Of a stretch of 64,000 nt of DNA, positions 58,911 to 64,000 are shown in pieces. Within the stretch, counting starts at the first letter, position 1. Each line of letters opens with the position of its first letter. Source of the DNA: Balanoglossus misakiensis (taxonomy: Eukaryota; Animalia; Hemichordata). The DNA lies in NCBI GenBank assembly GCA_040954595.2, contig CM082580.2:2842783-2906782 (forward strand), in the 5' to 3' direction. The notes beneath the pieces are model-generated. The model was given only the letters and a program-made list of their open reading frames with translations. It did no database searches and was not told the origin of the DNA. Position numbers and translations under genes: made by a program.

Positions 58911-60845
58911 ATGGGCAAGTTTCTGAAGCCCACAAAGGTTGTACTGGTCCTTAATGGACGTTTTGCAGGACGTAAAGCTGTCATTGTTAAGGTTTGCTAT
59001 TTCTCTTATTTCAAATCATTGACATAATAGGAGTGGATGAGTTTTAATGGTATCTGACTTGCCATGAATCCTAGACAGAGTGAAAAGGATGTATAGCTCT
59101 ACAACTCTCTTGAAAATGTGATACAGTAAAATCTGTCTAAACAGAACACCAAAGGGACTGAAGAAATTGTTTGGATTGCAGAGGTGTCCTGTTTATATTA
59201 GGTTCTGTAACATGTAGAACCTATGTGAAAGGGACAGGAAAATTTGTTTGGTATAGACTGGTTTCAAGATTTAAGACATGGTTCGGTGTAGACAGGTTTT
59301 ACTGTACTACTACAAGTTTATCTCCATACGTATTTTTCCTTATTCATCAATATTTGCCACAGTGCTAATCAGGATCAACAATCAGCTTTGTACCAAATGT
59401 TTCCTTAGGTAAAGTGCAAGTTGGCCTGTATGTACTATCAAATTGTGTGTTTATCTAGGAATTATTACAAAATGTGTACATAGTGTAGCTGTAGGTGTTC
59501 ACACCAAGTTAATTTATAGATATAACGCTTAAACAATAGTTTCATGTTTCGTGGATCGCCATCCCCTAAGGATATAATTTTCTTTTCAGAATTATGACGA
59601 AGGAACATCAGATAAACCATACGGCCATGCCCTGGTTGCAGGAATAGACAAGTACCCACGCAAAGCAACAAAGAGAATGGGGAAGAAAAAATTGGCACAA
59701 CGTTCAAAAATCAAGAGTTTCATCCGGGTTTTCAATTACAACCACCTTATGCCCACACGGTGAGAAAAATGTAACAATTATTCCTGTCGTAATTATAATT
59801 CTCCGGATTTGCAATGTGCCACAGTACAACATCTGCCAGCACAGTGCGTTAATTTTCTTGGGGGGGGGGGGGGGGGGGGGGGCTAGTCCTATTGATGCGC
59901 TGGATCATTACATGAAAAATTTACTACATACCGTTATTTTTATAAAAAAAATTGCCAGACTGCAATTTGCAAGGCTAGCATGTTATTGTAGAGCTGGTAG
60001 AGAAGAGAGATGGGGACTTTCCATAGTTATTTTCACTTGTTATTGAAGGTGGTCTTGGCTGACGAGTTTTCATGGGGATAACAGTTGTACAGTTGTAAGA
60101 GCAAGCAGAACTTTGTGAATATCACTTTCCTATGGTAGCTGAATTGGTGCTCTCACTTGACTCTACGACCGTCTGGTGGTGCTACATTGATATGGCCATT
60201 AAAAATGCCCCTTTGAATTGAAGGGCTTCAGTTATGCCACTCACTTCCCACTGTTCCGCAGGCAGAAGGCACCTACTGGCAGCCAAGCAGGCAGTTATTG
60301 ACTATTCTTATTGATTGCTTTCATTGCAGTTACTCGATAGATGTCAATATTGACAAAGCTGTTGTAAACAAAGATGCTTTCAGAGATCCTTCGAGAAAAC
60401 GGAAAGCAAGGAGAGAAGCCAAGGCAAAGTTTGAAGAAAGGTAAGGATATAATGGTCACCATGAGTTGAGATCAAATTGGAATTGTTGGTGTGCTTCTTG
60501 TATGGTTTGTGTATGGTCACTTCTGGTTGCCTTTGTTGGCCGTGGGGTCAGTGCAGAAGGAGGGAGGGCGAATGAAGTCATTGGACTATTGCTATATGTG
60601 ACCTCCTTCTTGTGTTCTGCTGGAGAGTAAAATACTGGGTCCTCTCTTATCAATCTTGAAAAGGGCATGATTGTCTGACTGTGACTTTTGACTAATATGT
60701 ACATGTATATCTTACTTCTCATTTTATTCCTAAGCCATTTCCAAGTCAACTCAAATCAAACCTTCATTTGACCTATTTCTCTTGTTTCTTTTACAGGTAC
60801 AAGACAGGCAAGAACAGATGGTTTTTCCAGAAGCTTCGTTTCTAA
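58911..60845 (+). CDS. RPL27: 60S ribosomal protein L27 (eL27), 4 coding exons, 136 aa
   Basis: Exons 58911-58991, 59590-59759, 60330-60440 and 60797-60845. Translation: [52 protein letters not shown]...[14 protein letters not shown]...[19 protein letters not shown]. An AATAAA signal lies at 60888. The ORF track misses this gene. Confidence 0.97.
59122..59306. mobile_element. Tc1/mariner/pogo-like MITE copy 2
   Basis: Inverted relative of 52901-53082, with TA flanks. Confidence 0.75.
60549..60705 (+). ncRNA. Candidate intronic H/ACA snoRNA
   Basis: A hairpin (gcagaa/ttctgc or agaaggagg/cctccttct) is followed by an ANANNA box (AGAGTA, ~60624), a weaker second hairpin, and ACA at ~60700. It ends ~90 nt upstream of the 3' splice site in a ribosomal protein gene. 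No family was recognised. Confidence 0.3.
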
Positions 60846-61332
60846 AATTATAACATCTAAACTGTACATTTCAGTGTGACAGAACTGAATAAACAACATG
60901 TTTGTTTCTCAGTATATGGTGTGTATTTGTCATTGATGACTTGTATGCTTGTCTCTTCATGGATGGTGTTCCCTCTTGCCTACGAAATAAATTTATCTGT
61001 TCAAAGTTACTCAAACCCATAAGAACATGATATTAGATTTTTCACCTGGGGACGGGGGATAACCTGTTTTCAAAAATTGCCGTGATGGTCATGGTGGGTG
61101 CCATATTCCTTTGTTTCAAATTTGATGATCGCTTTTGCCTCAAATCGGCCATCTTTGCCCAGAGATTTTTCCATTGTGTTTCCCCAGACCCTCTTCCTGG
61201 AGTGCCCATTCCCCAATGGAAGAAGCAGAGGGGTTTGGGTAACCGAGTCTATGTAATATGACATTTGTTCCTACGTCACATGGTCAAGTCTCTGCCAATC
61301 AAGAGTACGGAATACAGTGTGAGGTGTAATAA

Positions 61333-61656
61333 TTAAGCAATAAAACACCCCCAGCCATGGTATACCACTCGATTTTGACCAGTTCACGACATATACGCAC
61401 GAGCGATAGCGAGTGCGTATATGGAGTTGAACTGGTCAAAATCGAGTGGTATACCATGGCTGGGGGTGTTTTATTGCTATTATATTATACCAGTATATTG
61501 AAACGTTGCATAAAACATTTTAAAAAGGCATTTTCTTTGACTATGAGTTTTGCGTGATATATGACTGTGGTATATGACGAATATATCACGGTCACGTGTC
61601 GTGTCTCGACCAATAAAATAGCGTGATTTACACCATCAATATACTGGTATAATATA
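61333..61656. mobile_element. Crypton-like double-inverted-repeat element, copy 2
   Basis: Near-identical to 44917-45224, plus an intact hairpin loop (cgcacgagcgatagcgagtgcg). Confidence 0.7.
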
Positions 61657-64000
61657 ATAAAGTTTATACACTGTCACTGTGCATCATTTATGCAGGGAAG
61701 GTCTGTATCAAGTACATAACAATAATAGTGGATGTCAACCACACGCTCACTCAGCAAAGTAATTAGGCACAATAGCAACAATGATGAATGATTCAGAACA
61801 AAATTTACTTGTTTGAAAAAAATGACAAATAAATAAAGCAATAGTGATACATCAGAAGATGAAAACCCCACTAAATGACTTTTCTTGCTAAAGGCAAGTT
61901 CTGCTAGTATGTTCTCTATACGGTTTGCCAGGAAGTTGTTGCAGTCTGTCAAAATTATTATGGTCAGCTCTTCATTAAAGACACCATATGCAACTTTGTC
62001 TAGTCCCTAATAAATCACACACTATTTCAGCCAGTACACATTTACCAAATAGACTAGCCCACTAGTCGCTTTGAGGGAGTTTCTGGTACTGAGCTGAGTT
62101 TCCAATTCAGGGGCTGTGCGCTTCTGGTTTTCAGTTACCATCTACCAAGCGATTAGTCCACCTTGCAAAATCTGCAAACGCTTGGACCGTTTGTTGAAAT
62201 GATTGACAAGGATTTCGTGATAGAGTTGACAGCGTTTATCAGACAATGACCAATGTGACACACAAGCAACACAAATTTCGGTGAAATGACTGATATTGCA
62301 CTAACTTTTGTTGTAGTTATGATTGTGGATATTCTTCTGGTCAACTTTCATAAATGAAAATTAGCATGTGACTTTTGGGTCATGAAAGGTCATAAGTTGA
62401 AACTCCACCTACTATCAGTACTATGTATGATAACGTAATGCATAATCATGAGATGATGTCAACATGAATAATTCATAGCAACCAGAAGCCTGTAAGGTAC
62501 ACAAGTTCTGTTGGCCAAGCAATCCCATGACTTTTGTGCAGGCTGACTTATGCGGTCACACTCACTGCGTTTACTCCACAAATACTACATAGAGAGATTT
62601 TCAGAAAAAAAATGTATTAATTATTTAATTATGCAATAATGAAGCCCATAGACTTGGAGCCAGTCTAATTACCATAGTGAATTTATAGTCAAAATCATGA
62701 GATTAGTTTGACATGTACTTGAATCAGCTTGTGACCTAAACATCTACATAAACCCCAAAACTTATGCCCCAAACATTTGACAAAACAATACAATGTCTTT
62801 GCAAAATTCAAATTGACAATATCACCTTAAATCCTAGTTTGAAGAAAACATGATTGGTTTTGTCCTTAGTTTACATTTATGAATGTCACATGACTCAAAA
62901 GTTTATAGAAAAGTGTCAATTATGACGACAGCACTGGATCAGTTTAGTCTAAGAAGATAAACATTCAGCATGACGTTCATCAAATGATCTGAGCGTATAC
63001 AATACATACCAATATTTGTCAAGATCAAGACTATTACCGGTAATGCTAGTGATTTTTCAATCTAGAAATACACATCGACAGAAGTGACAATTGAATTAAA
63101 AAGTAACATACAAAATAAATATGTGCAAAATGATACTGAGAAATTTCTTTCCAAGGCTATGAAAACTAAAGACATCTGCTGATGTATCAATAAAGACTAC
63201 ATTTTCATTACACATTGTCATTCTTTAATTTTTTTTTAAAATTGCTATCATGGTTTGTGCAGATTTGTAATTAAAATCAAGCATGCATGTTTTAAACTCA
63301 TGTCACCGTCTGTGTAGTTGACTTCTGCTAAAATTGTACGTTTAATATTACATTTTTATTTTAAGCAATTTATCTAATGTGGCAGTGTGTAATGAATTAT
63401 GTGAAAACTGATCTGTGATCATCACAATGATAAACAGTAAATTATAAAGATAGCTTATAATGTTCCTGATAATTTTCTTTTTTCATGTATTGTTAGACAC
63501 TGCCACAGGTCCCAATATTATTTGAGGAATTGTAACACTGCAAATGCTTTGCCTTTATCCATAAACAATACTGTCTATTTTGTATCATACTTGAACAACA
63601 ACAGCAACCTCACATTTAAAATGCTGTATAATCACATGATTTTATGCCAAAAGAGTGTCAATGACATCACCCTCAAACAATGCATGAATCATAACATCAA
63701 TAAATAAATAGCAAGTTTAAATGTTGCAAAAAGGTTCCCACATATCAATGTCTAAATATAACAAGCAAACATGAAATAAGTTTAAAATAAAAAAATCTTC
63801 AAAAAGAAAAAAAGTAGATTACATTACTTTTTGAAATATGAATGAAGCCATTCTCGGAGACCTGCATACTAAATATTACAGCTGCATAACCAGCCATTTT
63901 GAATACTTTTTAAAACCACAATTGACAAAGTGTACTTGAAAAGAATAAGTGATTTCGATTCTGTCACTGCTGGGGACCTGTCTACAGTAAAAAGTTAATG

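Noticed and set aside
60012-60021. GAAAGTCCCC on the minus strand (RNase MRP CR-I-like)
   Set aside because: No matching CR-V (GGGGCT) segment lies at a suitable distance.
61674-64000. Short ORFs at the window end
   Set aside because: AT-rich with no recognisable protein motifs; probably UTR or intergenic.

Overview
Intron-rich, AT-rich animal genomic DNA with TTAGGG repeats and a MITE-rich landscape, suggesting an invertebrate deuterostome (inference). Spliced genes were reconstructed by hand from GT-AG boundaries and reading phase. In order: the 3' end of a prolyl 3-hydroxylase (HDEL end, +); DCAF7/WDR68 (-); a degraded FN3 cytokine-receptor-like exon cluster (+); two intact 9-exon short-chain dehydrogenase (SDR) paralogs arranged head-to-head, with a remnant of a third between them; G6PD (-); a divergent actin (-); a Hox-domain ceramide synthase (-); and RPL27 (+), head-to-head with the ceramide synthase. 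Introns hold many non-autonomous DNA-transposon families, LINE/SINE remnants and microsatellites. Most notable: both SDR paralogs carry His instead of the catalytic Tyr (HxxxK) while otherwise intact, and G6PD intron 1 holds a TIR element whose interior is inverted telomeric repeats. All coordinates were counted by eye, and no database search or folding program was run.
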